Below are positions 20,008 through 31,251 of a stretch of 64,000 nucleotides of DNA, piece after piece. The first letter of the stretch is position 1. Each line of letters starts with the position of its first letter. Both the position numbers and the translations under genes were made by a program. The DNA comes from an uncultured Actinomycetes bacterium (GTDB lineage Bacteria > Actinomycetota > UBA4738 > HRBIN12), in the NCBI GenBank assembly GCA_963719165.1, contig CAVRAV010000001.1, positions 1,829,215 to 1,893,214 of the forward strand, written 5' to 3'. The notes below the pieces were generated by a model. It had not been told where the DNA came from. It saw nothing but the letters and a program-made list of their open reading frames with translations, and ran no database searches.

Positions 20008-21684
20008 ATGCAAGCAGGGCGGAAGTCACCGTTGGCTCGGGCCTTTCGTGAGTACGCGCAAGCCCAGCGTCGCCGGGGTCCGAGCGACCCGCCCCACGAG
20101 TTCGAAGAGACGCTGGAGCGGCTCGAGCGGCCGGGGATCTCTCGTCGCGAGGTGCTCAAGGCCGGCGGGATCCTCGGAGCGGGCTTGGCCCTGGCCGCCT
20201 GCACGACCTCCACCGAACGGACCGACGAGTCGGCGGCCACCGTGATCTCGCCGAGTCCGCATGACGGCCGGGTCGTCGTGGTGGGGGCCGGGCTCGCGGG
20301 CATGACCGCCGCGTACCGGCTGACGCAGGCAGGTGTCCCGGTTCGCCTCTACGAGGCTCGCGACCGGCTGGGGGGACGCTGTTGGACCGCTCGTGGGTTC
20401 GCCCAGGGGCAGATCGCCGAGCACGGCGGCGAGTTCATCGACACGCGCCACGTGCACATCCGTCAGCTCGCCCGCGAGCTCGGTCTCACGCTCGACGACC
20501 TCTGGAGCGGCTCTGCGGCAGGAGCGACGTATCCGCGCCTCGTGGGCGGCAAGGAGCTCCTGGTGAGCACGACCAAGCCCGTGATGGATCGCGTGAATGC
20601 GGCCGCTACCGAGACGGCGCGCAGGATCGGTCTCCTCACGGCGGGCGGCGCGCTGGACATGGCCGCGATCTCTTATCCGAGCCCGACCCCTGCGGCGGTG
20701 GACGTCGATCGGTCGTCCATGCAGGAGTGGCTCGAGACGAACGTCCACGGCGTGGTGGGCTCGGACGTAGGCGACTGGCTCGATGAGGTCATGTGCGGCT
20801 GGTACGGGCTCAACCTCTCCGACCTGTCGGCGCTCAATTGGTTGGACTACCTGGTGATCCCGGCCCCCGGCGCGGACGAGCGCTGGCACGTTCAGGGCGG
20901 CAACGATCGCATCATCAGCGGCGTGGCGAGCCGGCTCCCGACGGACACCGTCACGATGAACGCGGCGCTCGCCGCCCTGCGCCGGACCGGCGACGGCAGC
21001 TACGAGCTCACGTTCGACGGCGTGGGCGCTCCGGTCGTCGCCGACCTCGTCGTGCTCACCCTGCCCATGACCACGCTCCGTCAAGTGGACCTGAGCGCCG
21101 CCGGCTTCAGCGAACAGAAACTGGCCGCGATCCGGGATCTCGCCATGGGTTACGACGTGAAGCTCCTGCTCCAGTACGGCACCCGGCCCTCGACGTTCGG
21201 CGATTGGGGCGGAGGCATGGAATACGCCGACCCCGACTTCGTGACGTGGGAGAGCTCGGTGGCGCAGCCCGGCACGGCGGGTCTCATCACCGTCTACGCG
21301 GGCGGGCGCACGGGGGCGAGCTGGACGGCCGATCGACCGCACGGCCCCGGGCCGGAGCCCCTCGTCACCGACATCCTCGGCCGGATCGACGAAGCGGTTC
21401 CGGGGTCGGCGGCCCGCTACAACGGCCGCTCCTGTGCCGACCTCTGGACGCGTGACCCCTGGACGAACGGAGCCTACGCGGCCTTCGCGCCGGGCCAGTA
21501 CACGAGCCTGTGGGCCGGGACGGCCCAGGCCGACGGCAACGTGCACTTCGCGGGCGAGGCGACCTCCACCTACAGCCAGGGGTACCTCAACGGCGGGGTG
21601 GAGAGCGGGGACCGGGCCGCTCAGGAGGTCTTGGAGAAGCTCGGCGTGCCCGTGCCGACCTCGCTCTCGAGGCTCCCGCACTGA
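20008..21684 (+). CDS. Flavin-containing amine oxidase, Tat-secreted, possibly a lipoprotein
   Basis: The Tat signal is [39 protein letters not shown]...YEARDRLGGR is a MAO-family FAD fold. Confidence 0.8.
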   Translation: MQAGRKSPLARAFREYAQAQRRRGPSDPPHEFEETLERLERPGISRREVLKAGGILGAGLALAACTTSTERTDESAATVISPSPHDGRVVVVGAGLAGMTAAYRLTQAGVPVRLYEARDRLGGRCWTARGFAQGQIAEHGGEFIDTRHVHIRQLARELGLTLDDLWSGSAAGATYPRLVGGKELLVSTTKPVMDRVNAAATETARRIGLLTAGGALDMAAISYPSPTPAAVDVDRSSMQEWLETNVHGVVGSDVGDWLDEVMCGWYGLNLSDLSALNWLDYLVIPAPGADERWHVQGGNDRIISGVASRLPTDTVTMNAALAALRRTGDGSYELTFDGVGAPVVADLVVLTLPMTTLRQVDLSAAGFSEQKLAAIRDLAMGYDVKLLLQYGTRPSTFGDWGGGMEYADPDFVTWESSVAQPGTAGLITVYAGGRTGASWTADRPHGPGPEPLVTDILGRIDEAVPGSAARYNGRSCADLWTRDPWTNGAYAAFAPGQYTSLWAGTAQADGNVHFAGEATSTYSQGYLNGGVESGDRAAQEVLEKLGVPVPTSLSRLPH

Positions 21685-21762
21685 GCCTGATCGCGCTTGC
21701 TGAGCGGCGAACCGGTCGATGGCCGTACGCACATCTGGTGCCGTGCGTGAGTGGGTGAGGTC

Positions 21763-22215
21763 TCAGGTGCCCGATCGGTCAGCGAACGTCCTCACGTCCG
21801 CGGCGTGCTCGTCGTAATGGACCCACGACTCGTCGGCCGCCCAGGCGATGGGCGCCGCCGTCAGGCCCGGGCGCGAGGCGGCCTCGCGCAGGCCGGCGCG
21901 GGCCTCCTCGGCCCCGTTCATGACATCGCTCCAGTCCATCGACGAGGAGGCCTCGGCGACCTTCGCGTTCACGGCGTCCCAATCTTCGCCGGGTCGGAGG
22001 TCGAACGGGTCGACGAAGGCCGGTCCGTTCGCCGCACCCAGGTGCTCGGCCGCGAACCGAGACCAGTAGGCGCAATGCCACACCACGTCTTTGAGCGTCC
22101 ACTCCCCCACCACGCCGGCGGTCTCGCGACGGTCCTCGGGCACGCGCGCGACCTGTGCACCGAACGCCTCCCACGAGGCCTCCTCGCGATCCAGGAACTC
22201 CTTCACACCCTCCAT
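21763..22215 (-). CDS. DinB/YfiT-like (mycothiol-dependent maleylpyruvate-isomerase N-terminal-domain-like) hypothetical protein
   Basis: ATG at 22215 after GGGAGG. The ORF is 150 aa and contains WTLKDVVWHCAYWSRFAAEHL. Confidence 0.4.
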   Translation of the reverse strand: MEGVKEFLDREEASWEAFGAQVARVPEDRRETAGVVGEWTLKDVVWHCAYWSRFAAEHLGAANGPAFVDPFDLRPGEDWDAVNAKVAEASSSMDWSDVMNGAEEARAGLREAASRPGLTAAPIAWAADESWVHYDEHAADVRTFADRSGT

Positions 22216-22359
22216 AACGACCTCCCGCGATCGACTCCCCGGCGCCGTGACGCCCGTGTCCGGCCCCTTCGGCGCATCGACGATGGTACCGAAGCCGGCC
22301 TCGGCGGGCTCTGTTAGGTTGCCGAGCGTGCGGTGCGTGCCGCCGGTAAGGAGCGATCC

Positions 22360-23388
22360 GTGCAGCTCGGCATGATAGGCCTCGGCCGTATGGGCGCGAA
22401 CATGGTGCGCCGGCTCACCCGCGCCGGCCACGACTGCGTGGCCTTCGACGTCGTCCCCCAGGCCGTCGCTGTCACGGAGGCCGAGGGCATCGTCGGCGCG
22501 CGCTCCCTGCGGGATCTGGCCACCAAGCTCATGGCTCCGCGCCACGTGTGGATGATGGTCCCCGCCGGCGTGGTCGACGCCACGATCTCCGAGATCGCGC
22601 CCCTCCTCGAGCCCGGCGACACCCTCATCGACGGCGGAAACTCCTACTACGTGGACGACCTGCGTCGAGCGGAGGAACTTGCCTCACGGGGACTGCGCTA
22701 CCTCGACGTGGGGGTGAGCGGAGGGATCCGCGGGCTCGATCGCGGCTACGCTTTGATGATCGGCGGCGACGCCGAGCCGGTCGCCGCGCTCGATCCCGTC
22801 TTCGCGGCACTCGCGCCGGGCGTGGAGGCGGCGGCGAGGACGCCGGGGTGCGAAGGTCCCCCCGGGCCCGCCGAACTCGGCTACCTGCACTGCGGGCCCA
22901 CGGGGGCCGGGCACTTCGTGAAGATGGTGCATAACGGCATCGAGTACGGACTCATGGCCGCCTACGCCGAAGGCTTGAACGTCCTGGCTCACGCGGGCGA
23001 GGGCGGAGCGGATCGCTCGGTGGACGCCGAGACGACCCCGCTGCGGGACCCGGATCGCTATCGGTACGACTTCGCGCTCGACGAGGTAGCGGAGGTGTGG
23101 CGCCGCGGCTCCGTCGTGGCCTCGTGGCTCCTGGACCTCACCGCCGCGGCGCTTCGCGAGCACCCCGACCTCGCCGGATACGAGGGCCGCGTGAGCGACT
23201 CGGGGGAGGGCCGATGGACGGCGCAGGCCGCCATCGACACCGGCACGCCCACCCCGGTGCTCACCGCGGCCCTCTTCGCACGCTTCGCGAGCCGGGGAGA
23301 AGACGACTTCGCTCGCCGGGCGCTATCCGCGATGCGGGCAGAGTTCGGCGGACATGCCGAGGCGCCATCGGAGGCCTCCACGCCATGA
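22360..23388 (+). CDS. gnd: 6-phosphogluconate dehydrogenase (decarboxylating), short NAD-type (YqeC-like)
   Basis: GTG at 22360 after [25 protein letters not shown] shows the Rossmann fold. [22 protein letters not shown] is 6PGDH-specific. Confidence 0.75.
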   Translation: MQLGMIGLGRMGANMVRRLTRAGHDCVAFDVVPQAVAVTEAEGIVGARSLRDLATKLMAPRHVWMMVPAGVVDATISEIAPLLEPGDTLIDGGNSYYVDDLRRAEELASRGLRYLDVGVSGGIRGLDRGYALMIGGDAEPVAALDPVFAALAPGVEAAARTPGCEGPPGPAELGYLHCGPTGAGHFVKMVHNGIEYGLMAAYAEGLNVLAHAGEGGADRSVDAETTPLRDPDRYRYDFALDEVAEVWRRGSVVASWLLDLTAAALREHPDLAGYEGRVSDSGEGRWTAQAAIDTGTPTPVLTAALFARFASRGEDDFARRALSAMRAEFGGHAEAPSEASTP

Positions 23389-24794
23389 GTCCCCGGGCGT
23401 ACTCGGACGCCCTCGTGATCTTCGGGATCACGGGCGACTTGGCGTATCAGAAGATCATCCCGGCCCTGCAGGCGATGGAGCGCAGGGGCAACCTGAAGGT
23501 GCCCGTGGTGGGCGTCGCGCGTTCAGGGTATTCGAAGGAGAAGCTCGTGGAGCGGATGCGCGCGAGCCTGGAGGATCACGGGGGCGCCGACCCGGAGGCG
23601 TTCCCGGCGCTCACCGACCGCCTGCGCTACGTGGATGGCGATTACACGGATCACGCGACGTTCGCGCAACTCCGCACCACGCTCGGCGACGCCACCCACC
23701 CCTTGTTCTACCTCGCGATCCCCCCGAGCCTGTTCGCGACGGTGGTCGAACACCTGCACGAGTCGGGCAGCGCCGCCAAGGGCCGCGTGGTCGTCGAGAA
23801 GCCCTTCGGACGTGACCTCGCGTCGGCGCACGAGCTCAACGCCGTGTTGCGGTCGGTATTCCCGGAGGACTCGATCTTCCGCATCGACCATTTCCTGGGG
23901 AAGGAGCCCGTACAGAACCTCGCCTACTTCCGGTTCGCGAACACGTTCCTGGAGCCCTTCTGGAACCGGAACTACGTGGACAACGTGCAGATCACCATGG
24001 CCGAGAAGTTCGGGCTCCGCAAGCGTGGGCGGTTCTACGAACAGGTCGGGGCGATCCGCGATGTCGTGCAGAACCATCTGCTCCAGGTGTTGGCGCTCGT
24101 GGCGATGGACCCGCCGAGCGGTCTCGACCGCGACGCCTTCTTGAACGAGCGGGTGCGGCTCCTGAAATCGATCCGCCCGCTCGACCCCGACGACGTGGTG
24201 CGCGGGCAGTTCGCGGGCTACCGGGCGCTCGAAGGCGTGGCCGACGACTCGGAGGTGGAGACCTTCGTCGCGCTGCGGGCGCACGTCGAAACATGGCGTT
24301 GGGCCGGCGTCCCGTTCTACATCCGGGCGGGCAAGCGCCTGCCCGTGACGTGCACCGAGGTGCTCGTCGAGCTGAAGCGCCCTCCCCGCAACGTCTTCAA
24401 CGAGCACGATCCCGGTCATCCGAACCATGTCATCTTCCGGCTCGGGCCCGACGTCAACATCACCCTGGGCGCCCGGGCGAAGCTGCCGGGCGAGGAGATG
24501 GCGGGCGAGGACGTCGAGCTGATGGCCCGGCACCAGTCGGGAGACGTCATGGCTCCCTACGAGCGGCTCCTCACCGACGCGATGGAGGGCGACGCCGACC
24601 TCTTCTCGCGCCAGGACATCGTCGAGACCTCGTGGCGGATCGTGGACCCGGTCCTGGACGGCGCCTCGACGCTCGAGTCCTACGCGCAGGGGTCCTGGGG
24701 GCCGCGCGAGGCCGACCGCCTGATCGACGGCGGCCACGGATGGCACGAACCGGGGCGCCGGGCGACGGGGCTCCCGGCAGACGTCTCCGGGTGA
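23385..24794 (+). CDS. zwf: Glucose-6-phosphate dehydrogenase
   Basis: The ATG overlaps the gnd stop (ATGA). Signatures are [27 protein letters not shown] and RIDHFLGKE. Confidence 0.9.
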   Translation: MSPRAYSDALVIFGITGDLAYQKIIPALQAMERRGNLKVPVVGVARSGYSKEKLVERMRASLEDHGGADPEAFPALTDRLRYVDGDYTDHATFAQLRTTLGDATHPLFYLAIPPSLFATVVEHLHESGSAAKGRVVVEKPFGRDLASAHELNAVLRSVFPEDSIFRIDHFLGKEPVQNLAYFRFANTFLEPFWNRNYVDNVQITMAEKFGLRKRGRFYEQVGAIRDVVQNHLLQVLALVAMDPPSGLDRDAFLNERVRLLKSIRPLDPDDVVRGQFAGYRALEGVADDSEVETFVALRAHVETWRWAGVPFYIRAGKRLPVTCTEVLVELKRPPRNVFNEHDPGHPNHVIFRLGPDVNITLGARAKLPGEEMAGEDVELMARHQSGDVMAPYERLLTDAMEGDADLFSRQDIVETSWRIVDPVLDGASTLESYAQGSWGPREADRLIDGGHGWHEPGRRATGLPADVSG

Positions 24795-24812
24795 CCGGCC
24801 GGCCTCGGCCGG

Positions 24813-25544
24813 CTATGCGTTCAACAGCGAGGCCGCGTCCACGTCCACGAACCACTCGGCTCCCTCGATGACCTGCGCCGGACATGCCATCGGATCCCTC
24901 GGCCCCTCGAGGGCGGCGGCGAGCGCCGACGCCTTGTGAGCGCCGCTGACGAGGAAGAGCTTGCGGCCCGATGCGTTCAAGATCGGGGGCGTGAGGGAGA
25001 CTCGGCGGCGCGGGGCGGCCGGTGCCTCGACCGGCATGGCCCATCGCAGGCCTTCCTGCACCGCCGCGGTGCGTGGGAACAGGGAGGCCGTGTGCCCGTC
25101 CTCCCCCAAGCCGAGCAGGGCCAGGTCGAGACGCGCTCCCGCATCGGTCGGGGGCGCCCCGGTCATGGCGCCGAACGTCCGGCGCAGCAACCGCTCGTAC
25201 TCGGCCGCCACCAGCTCGGGATCGTCCTCCCCCCGGATCCGATGTACGTGGCCATCCGCGATGGGGACGTGGTCGAGCAGGGTCTCCTTCGCCATGAGGT
25301 AGTCGCTCTGCGGATCGAAAGGGGGCACGCAGCGCTCGTCGCCCCAGAAGACGTGCACGGACTCCCACGGGATCCGCTCGGCGTAGCCGGGACCCGCCAG
25401 CCGCTCGTAGAGCCCGCGCGGGGTCTCACCACCGGAGAGCGCGACCAGGAACCGGCCGGTGGCGTCCACGGCATCGGCGCTCGCGTCCACCACGAACTCG
25501 GCGGCCGCGCGCGAGACCGCGGCCGGATCGGCGAAGACGCGCAT
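24813..25544 (-). CDS. pgl: 6-phosphogluconolactonase
   Basis: MRVFADPAAVSRAAAEF...ALSGGETPRGLYERL...LLGLGEDGHTASLFP is the Pgl/NagB-fold signature. The gene is convergent with zwf. No opcA is present. Confidence 0.8.
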   Translation of the reverse strand: MRVFADPAAVSRAAAEFVVDASADAVDATGRFLVALSGGETPRGLYERLAGPGYAERIPWESVHVFWGDERCVPPFDPQSDYLMAKETLLDHVPIADGHVHRIRGEDDPELVAAEYERLLRRTFGAMTGAPPTDAGARLDLALLGLGEDGHTASLFPRTAAVQEGLRWAMPVEAPAAPRRRVSLTPPILNASGRKLFLVSGAHKASALAAALEGPRDPMACPAQVIEGAEWFVDVDAASLLNA

Positions 25545-25617
25545 GGGAGGAAGTGTGCCACCGGGCGAGACCGCTCCGCCAGGACCCATGCGACGCCACT
25601 GACCCCCACGCCGGCCC

Positions 25618-26796
25618 TCAGCCGACGAGCGGATCGACGCCTCGCTTAACGAGCTGGTCGGCGATGATGTTGCGCTGGACCTCTGAGGTCCCCTCCCAGA
25701 TCCGATCCACCCGCAACTCGCGGTAGAAGCGCTCCGCCACGTTCTCCCGCATATAGCCTCGACCGCCGAAGATCTGCACCGCCCGGTCGGCGACCCGACC
25801 GGCCATCTCGCTCGCGTAGAGTTTCGCCATCGAGCACTGAGCATGCTGCAGCTTCTCGTCGGCGCCGGCATCGATGTTCTCCGCGAGCCGGTAGGTCATG
25901 AGCCGGGCGGCCCACAGCTCGGTCAGGGAATCCGCCAGCATGTGCTGGATCGCCTGGAACCCGATGATCGGCGAGCCGAACTGCACCCGCTCCTTGGCGA
26001 AGTCCGTGGCCGCCTCGACCAAGCGCTCCGCGGCGCCACAGCAACGCGCCGCGATCATGAGGCGCTCATAGCGGAACCACTCGTACGTGAAGGCCAACCC
26101 GTCGCCCTCCTCACCCACGAGGTTCGCCGCCGGTACCACGACGTCTTCGAAGGCCACGATGGGGTGCGTGTCCGCATAGGTGTGCGCGTAGGCGGGCGAG
26201 CGCACCTCGCGAACGCCGGGCGTGTCCTTGTCCACGAAGAACATCGCGTGCTGGCCCTCGTGGGGCCCGGTCGCGATCCGCGCCTGGAAGAAGCAATAAC
26301 TCGCGTGATTGAACGACGTGACGTGCATCTTGACGCCGTTCAACGTGTACGCGTCGGCCTCCAGGCGAGCCGTGGCCTCGATGGCGCTCACGTCGGAGCC
26401 GGCCCCTTCCTCGGTGATGGCGTAACATTCGTGCATCTCCCCGCGGATCGTGGGCAGGATCCAGGACTTCATCTGGTGCTCGCTCGCGACGGCCGGCGCC
26501 CATGCGGGAGGCGTGTGGACGCACCACCCCAACGCGTTGGTCACGCGCCCGATCTGTTCGGAGACGAGCACCTGCTGCAGCATCGTCATCCCCGAGCCCC
26601 CCAGAGCCTTGGGCATGTTCATGGCGTACAACCCGAGTTCGATGGCCAGGCGGTGGTGCTCGTCTCGGGTCTCCTGGGGGATGCGCCCGCCGTGCGCCTC
26701 GGCGTGGATCTCCCAGGGGATGAGCCCATCGTCCACGAACTTGCGGGCGCGCGCCTGGATCGCTCGATCATCCTGCGACAAGGGATAGGAGCTCAT
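25618..26796 (-). CDS. Acyl-CoA dehydrogenase (paralog of 3735..4934)
   Basis: [29 protein letters not shown]...[11 protein letters not shown]...[10 protein letters not shown]...[11 protein letters not shown]. Confidence 0.85.
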   Translation of the reverse strand: MSSYPLSQDDRAIQARARKFVDDGLIPWEIHAEAHGGRIPQETRDEHHRLAIELGLYAMNMPKALGGSGMTMLQQVLVSEQIGRVTNALGWCVHTPPAWAPAVASEHQMKSWILPTIRGEMHECYAITEEGAGSDVSAIEATARLEADAYTLNGVKMHVTSFNHASYCFFQARIATGPHEGQHAMFFVDKDTPGVREVRSPAYAHTYADTHPIVAFEDVVVPAANLVGEEGDGLAFTYEWFRYERLMIAARCCGAAERLVEAATDFAKERVQFGSPIIGFQAIQHMLADSLTELWAARLMTYRLAENIDAGADEKLQHAQCSMAKLYASEMAGRVADRAVQIFGGRGYMRENVAERFYRELRVDRIWEGTSEVQRNIIADQLVKRGVDPLVG

Positions 26797-26913
26797 GACG
26801 GAACGCTCGCTTTCGGCGGAGAGGTCGCGAGCATACCGCGAGCGTTGAATCACGATTCAATCGCGGACGCGTTGGGTTTGACGCCCGAGCGCCGGGCCGA
26901 GAGCATCGGTGCG

Positions 26914-27837
26914 ATGAAGTGGAAGCGCGGAACGCGCAGCGTCAACCTCGAGGATCGACGCCGCCAAGGAGGCGGCACCCGCTCGGGCGGCCTCGGGGGC
27001 ATGGGAGGCCTCGGGGGAGGCGGCGGCGGGCTGCCGCTGCCCACGGGCAGGGGCGGGATCGGCGTCATCGTGCTGGTGCTGGTGCTGGTGCTGATCGGTG
27101 GCTCTCGGCTGTTGGGCGGAAACGGGACAGGGGTCGACACGGGAGGGGCGCTCGATGGGTTCGGGCCGGGACCCAGCACCGGCGGTCAGATCCCGCCCGG
27201 CGACGAGAAGCTCGCCGACTTCGCCTCGTTCGTGCTGGACGACGTCCAGGGGTACTGGACGGTCGTGTTCCGCGACGCGGGGCGGACCTATGCGCCGGCC
27301 ACGATGGTCCTGTTCACACGATCCACGCGCACGGCGTGCGGGACCGCCTCCTCGGCCACCGGCCCGTTCTATTGCCCGGCCGATCAAAAGGTCTATCTGG
27401 ACCTGGGGTTCTTCCGCGAACTTCGCGATCGATTCGGGGCGGGGGGAGACTTCGCCCAGGCCTACGTGATCGCGCACGAGCTCGCCCACCACGTCCAGGA
27501 CGAGCTCGGCATCAACGCGCAGGTGCAGCGCGCATCACGAAGCGACCCCTCCTCGGCCAACGACCTGTCGGTCCGCCTCGAGCTCCAGGCGGACTGCCTG
27601 GCGGGCGTGTGGGCGCACTCGGTGCAACAGCGCGGTGACTTGGAGGCGGGCGACATCGAGGAGGGCCTGAACGCGGCCGCCTCGGTGGGCGACGACCGGA
27701 TCCAGGCGTCAACGACCGGGCGGATCGACCCCGAAACCTGGACGCACGGGTCGTCGGAGCAGCGTTCCCGCTGGTTCCGAACGGGGTTCGACGGGGGCGA
27801 CATCAGCGCCTGCGACACGTTCTCCGGCTCGACCTGA
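26914..27837 (+). CDS. YpfJ-family neutral zinc metallopeptidase (PF04228), membrane-anchored
   Basis: Gly-rich N-terminus followed by the TM segment [13 protein letters not shown]. The zinc-binding HExxH is at AHELAHHVQ. Confidence 0.7.
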   Translation: MKWKRGTRSVNLEDRRRQGGGTRSGGLGGMGGLGGGGGGLPLPTGRGGIGVIVLVLVLVLIGGSRLLGGNGTGVDTGGALDGFGPGPSTGGQIPPGDEKLADFASFVLDDVQGYWTVVFRDAGRTYAPATMVLFTRSTRTACGTASSATGPFYCPADQKVYLDLGFFRELRDRFGAGGDFAQAYVIAHELAHHVQDELGINAQVQRASRSDPSSANDLSVRLELQADCLAGVWAHSVQQRGDLEAGDIEEGLNAAASVGDDRIQASTTGRIDPETWTHGSSEQRSRWFRTGFDGGDISACDTFSGST

Positions 27838-27848
27838 TCAGCCGCGGT

Positions 27849-28883
27849 TCACCCGATGAACTCCAGCCGCGCGCGGTGTTCGGCGAGCTGCGCGAGCGTC
27901 CGCTCGTCGATGGCGCGTTCGCGTTCGGGCTCGTCGATGTCGGGCCCCTCGCCAAATAGCTCGCCACTCAGGTAGCGCTGGCCCGTGTCGCTCACGACGG
28001 TCACGATGCGCCGGAGCTCGGGATGTGCGGCCGCGACCTTATGCACCGCGGCGACGTTGATGCCCGCGGACGGACCACACAACATCCCTTCCTCGCGCGC
28101 CAGTCTGCGGGCGGTGTCGAGGGCCTCTGCAGTGGAGGCCGTGACGATGCCGTCCATGGCGCTCAGGTCGAGGTTGGGCGCGACGAGGCCGTCGCCGATG
28201 CCGGGGACGCCGTGTCGGCCCCACGACTGCTTCGAGATCAGCGGGCACTCCGAGGGCTCAACGGCGAATGCTTTGACCTCCGGGTCGTGGGCCTTCAGCG
28301 AACGCGCCACGCCGGAGATCCAGCCCCCGGTGCCCTGGGCCGCCACCACCGCATCGACGTGGCCGCTCGCTTGCTCCCAGATCTCCTCTCCCGAGGCGAG
28401 CTGGGCTTCGGGGTTGTCCGGGTTCTCGAACTCGCCGGGGAAGAAGTATCGGTCCGGGTCGCGTGCGCGCATCTCCTGCATCCGCTCGAGTGCGAGGTCG
28501 ATGTCCGTGCCGGCGCCTGGCGTGAGCACGAGCGCCGCCCCGTAGGTCTCGATCATGCGCTTGCGCTCGCGGCTCATGCCCTCCGGCATGACGATCACGC
28601 AGTCGTAGCCCTTGATCGCCGCCACCGCGGCGCACGCGATCCCCGCGTTCCCGGTGGTGCACTCGATGATCGTCATCCCGGGCCGCAGATCGCCACGCGC
28701 CTCGGCCCGCGCGAGCATCTGGGCGTAGATCCGGTCCTTCACGGAGCCGGTGGGCCCGTACCACTCGACCTTCGCCAAGATCACCACATCGTCAGGGGTC
28801 ACCCGCTGTAATCGGACGAGCGGCGTGCGCCCGATGGCGCCCAGCAGCGTCGGCACCTCGGTCCGCAAGCCATCCCACTCCAT
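27849..28883 (-). CDS. Cysteine synthase-family PLP enzyme (CysK/CysM-like) with a C-terminal extension
   Basis: ATG at 28883. GSVKDR carries the PLP lysine. TTGNAGIACA and the GTGG loop are also present. Confidence 0.75.
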   Translation of the reverse strand: MEWDGLRTEVPTLLGAIGRTPLVRLQRVTPDDVVILAKVEWYGPTGSVKDRIYAQMLARAEARGDLRPGMTIIECTTGNAGIACAAVAAIKGYDCVIVMPEGMSRERKRMIETYGAALVLTPGAGTDIDLALERMQEMRARDPDRYFFPGEFENPDNPEAQLASGEEIWEQASGHVDAVVAAQGTGGWISGVARSLKAHDPEVKAFAVEPSECPLISKQSWGRHGVPGIGDGLVAPNLDLSAMDGIVTASTAEALDTARRLAREEGMLCGPSAGINVAAVHKVAAAHPELRRIVTVVSDTGQRYLSGELFGEGPDIDEPERERAIDERTLAQLAEHRARLEFIG

Positions 28884-28906
28884 GGGCAAGGCTGCCCCTC
28901 CCTCGC

Positions 28907-29701
28907 TCACCCGGCCGCCGGGCGTCGTCGCTCCACGTACCCGAGACGCCGGGAGATCGCCGTGGCCGCCTCCATCGTCAAGCGTCCGATCCGCGGGAGA
29001 TCCATCGGGCGCATCCGGAAGGCCGGCCCGCTCACGCTGAGGGCCGCCACCGCCTCGCCGTCCGCGCGGCGGATCGGGGCGGCCACCGCGTTCAGCCCCT
29101 CCTCGAGCTCCTCCATCGTCGTGGCGTACCCACGCGCGCGGATCTCGCCGAGCTGGGTGCGGAGCTTGCGCGGGTCCGTGATCGTGGCGGACGTCGTGCG
29201 GGCGAGCGGCGCGGCAAGCAATCGATCGCGTTCCCGATCGTCCAGGTTGGCGAGGAGCATCTTCCCGTTCGACGTAGCGTGCAGCGGCGTGCGGCGCCCC
29301 ACCCAGCTGACGGCCACGATCGACCGGGTCCCGGTCACCTGATCGATGTACACGACGGCGTCGCCCGACAAGACGCCGAGGTTCACCGTCTCGCGCGTGC
29401 GGTCGGCGAGGTCCTCCAGGATCGGACGAGCGGTTCGGACGAGGTCCATGCTCGCCATGGCCGCGCCCGCGAGCCTTATGAGGCCGAACCCGAGGCGATA
29501 CTTCTCGGTGATGGGGTCGCGCTCCACCATCGCCCGCTCGGCGAGCGTCGCCACGAGCCGTGAGGCCGTGGCCTTGTGCACGTCGAGCCGGCGACCCAGC
29601 TCGGAAACGCCCAGCTCCCCCGCCTCGGCGATCAGCTCCAGCGCCCGAAGCGCGCGATTCACCGACTGGAGGTTCCCGCCGCGCTCCGATCCGTCTCGCA
29701 T
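28907..29701 (-). CDS. IclR-family transcriptional regulator
   Basis: [43 protein letters not shown] is the HTH, followed by an IclR effector domain. It lies divergent to soxB across about 190 bp. Confidence 0.85.
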   Translation of the reverse strand: MRDGSERGGNLQSVNRALRALELIAEAGELGVSELGRRLDVHKATASRLVATLAERAMVERDPITEKYRLGFGLIRLAGAAMASMDLVRTARPILEDLADRTRETVNLGVLSGDAVVYIDQVTGTRSIVAVSWVGRRTPLHATSNGKMLLANLDDRERDRLLAAPLARTTSATITDPRKLRTQLGEIRARGYATTMEELEEGLNAVAAPIRRADGEAVAALSVSGPAFRMRPMDLPRIGRLTMEAATAISRRLGYVERRRPAAG

Positions 29702-29890
29702 CCCGCAACACCCGTCCGCTCGCCACGACCTTGGGGCAACAACGCTCGGACGCTACGCCGGGCCCCGCGAGGCTGTCAACGCGCTGAGCGCGCGTGCGTT
29801 GCGCCTGTCGCGCCCTGTCCGTTGACCACGGCCGGGCCGTCCCCGAGGCTTGCGGCATCGGAGCCTGAGGTGCTCCGCGCTGGGTCCGAC

Positions 29891-31099
29891 ATGTCCGAGG
29901 AACGATCGCGCTATTGGCGAGCCGCCGAGCCGAAGGCTGCCTACGACGTCATCGTGGTGGGTGGAGGCGGCCACGGCCTCGCCACCGCCTACTATCTCGC
30001 CGCCGTCTACGGCATCGCCGACGTGTGCGTGGTGGAGAAGGGGTGGATCGGCGGCGGCAACATGGCACGCAACACCACGATCATCCGCTCCAACTACCTC
30101 TGGGACGAATCCGCCGCCATCTACGAGCATTCGTTGCGGTTGTGGGAGGCGCTCGAGGAGACGCTCGAGTTCCCGTTGGAGTTCTCCCAGCGCGGCGTCC
30201 TCAACCTCGCGCACGACCTCGGTGACGTGCGCTCGAGCATGCGGCGTGTGAACGCGAACCGGCTCAACGGCGTCGACGCGGAATGGCTCGACGCCGGCGA
30301 GGTGAAGGGGTTCTGCCCCATCGTGAACGTTTCGCCCGACGTCCGCTACCCGGTGCTCGGCGGCACGTTGCAGCGTCGCGGCGGTGTGGCTCGCCACGAC
30401 AAGGTGGCGTGGGCCTACGCCACGAACGCCGACCGCCTGGGCGTGGATATCGTGGAGCACGCCGAGGTCACGGGGTTCCTGCGCGGCTGCGACGGTGCGG
30501 TCGTGGGCGTGGAGACGTCCCGCGGCTCGATCCGCGCCAACCGCGTGGCGCTCGCCGCAGCCGGACATACGAGCGTCCTCGCCTCGATGCTGACCCTGCG
30601 GTTGCCGATCCAGTCGCACCCACTCCAGGCGCTCGTCTCCGCGCTCTACGAGCCCGTGCTGCACACGGTGGTGATGTCGAACGCCGTGCACGTGTACGTG
30701 AGCCAGGCGGACAAGGGCGAACTCGTCATGGGCGCCGGGATCGATCCGTACAATGCCTACACGCAGCGCGGCTCCTTCCACGTGATCGAGCATCAGATGG
30801 CGGCCGCGGTCGAGCTGTTCCCGCTCTTCGCTCGCGCCAGCGTGCTGCGAACCTGGGCCGGCATCGTGGACGTCAGCCCCGACGCCTCGCCCATCATGAG
30901 CAGGACGCCCATCCCCGGTCTCTTCCTCAACTGCGGGTGGGGGACGGGCGGGTTCAAGGCGACGCCCGCGGCCGGTCGGGTGTACGCCGAGTTGGTCGCG
31001 AACGGCGAGCCGGGGCCGCTCGCGCGTCCTTACGCACTGGAGCGCTTCACCACGGGGGCCCTGATCGACGAACACGGCGCGGCGGCGGTCGCGCATTGA
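29891..31099 (+). CDS. soxB: Sarcosine oxidase beta subunit (heterotetrameric)
   Basis: [36 protein letters not shown]... is 403 aa. The stop TGA lies inside the first repeat unit. Confidence 0.85.
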   Translation: MSEERSRYWRAAEPKAAYDVIVVGGGGHGLATAYYLAAVYGIADVCVVEKGWIGGGNMARNTTIIRSNYLWDESAAIYEHSLRLWEALEETLEFPLEFSQRGVLNLAHDLGDVRSSMRRVNANRLNGVDAEWLDAGEVKGFCPIVNVSPDVRYPVLGGTLQRRGGVARHDKVAWAYATNADRLGVDIVEHAEVTGFLRGCDGAVVGVETSRGSIRANRVALAAAGHTSVLASMLTLRLPIQSHPLQALVSALYEPVLHTVVMSNAVHVYVSQADKGELVMGAGIDPYNAYTQRGSFHVIEHQMAAAVELFPLFARASVLRTWAGIVDVSPDASPIMSRTPIPGLFLNCGWGTGGFKATPAAGRVYAELVANGEPGPLARPYALERFTTGALIDEHGAAAVAH

Positions 31100-31246
31100 C
31101 TGCGCGCGTGGGAGATGCGCATTGACTGCGCGCGTGGGAGATGCGCATTGACTGCGCGCGTGGGAGATGCGCATTGACTGCGCGCGTGGGAGATGCGCAT
31201 TGACTGCGCGCGTGGGAGATGCGCATTGACTGCGCGCGTGGGAGAT
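31091..31246. repeat. Perfect tandem repeat, 6 x 26 bp (GCGCATTGACTGCGCGCGTGGGAGAT), at the soxB/soxD junction
   Basis: Read directly from the sequence. Each unit carries the soxB 3' end (gcg cat TGA) plus a GGGAGA Shine-Dalgarno and an ATG. A partial 'gcgc' follows the last unit. Confidence 0.95.
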
Positions 31247-31251
31247 GCGCC

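Noticed and set aside
3735-26796. The two acyl-CoA dehydrogenase paralogs (3735..4934 and 25618..26796) as a duplicated or rearranged segment.
   Set aside because: The proteins are clearly diverged (different N-termini, scattered substitutions). Their flanking genes are unrelated. There is no evidence of a recent segmental duplication.
27040-27110. Hexanucleotide microrepeat (gtgctg)x4 and a Gly-codon-rich stretch at the 5' end of the YpfJ-like gene.
   Set aside because: It encodes the VLVLVL transmembrane helix and a glycine-rich linker. That is coding low-complexity, not a regulatory repeat.
31091-31246. Possible CRISPR array (regularly spaced direct repeats).
   Set aside because: The 26-bp units are directly adjacent with no spacers. 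No cas genes are present. It is a simple tandem duplication of a gene junction.
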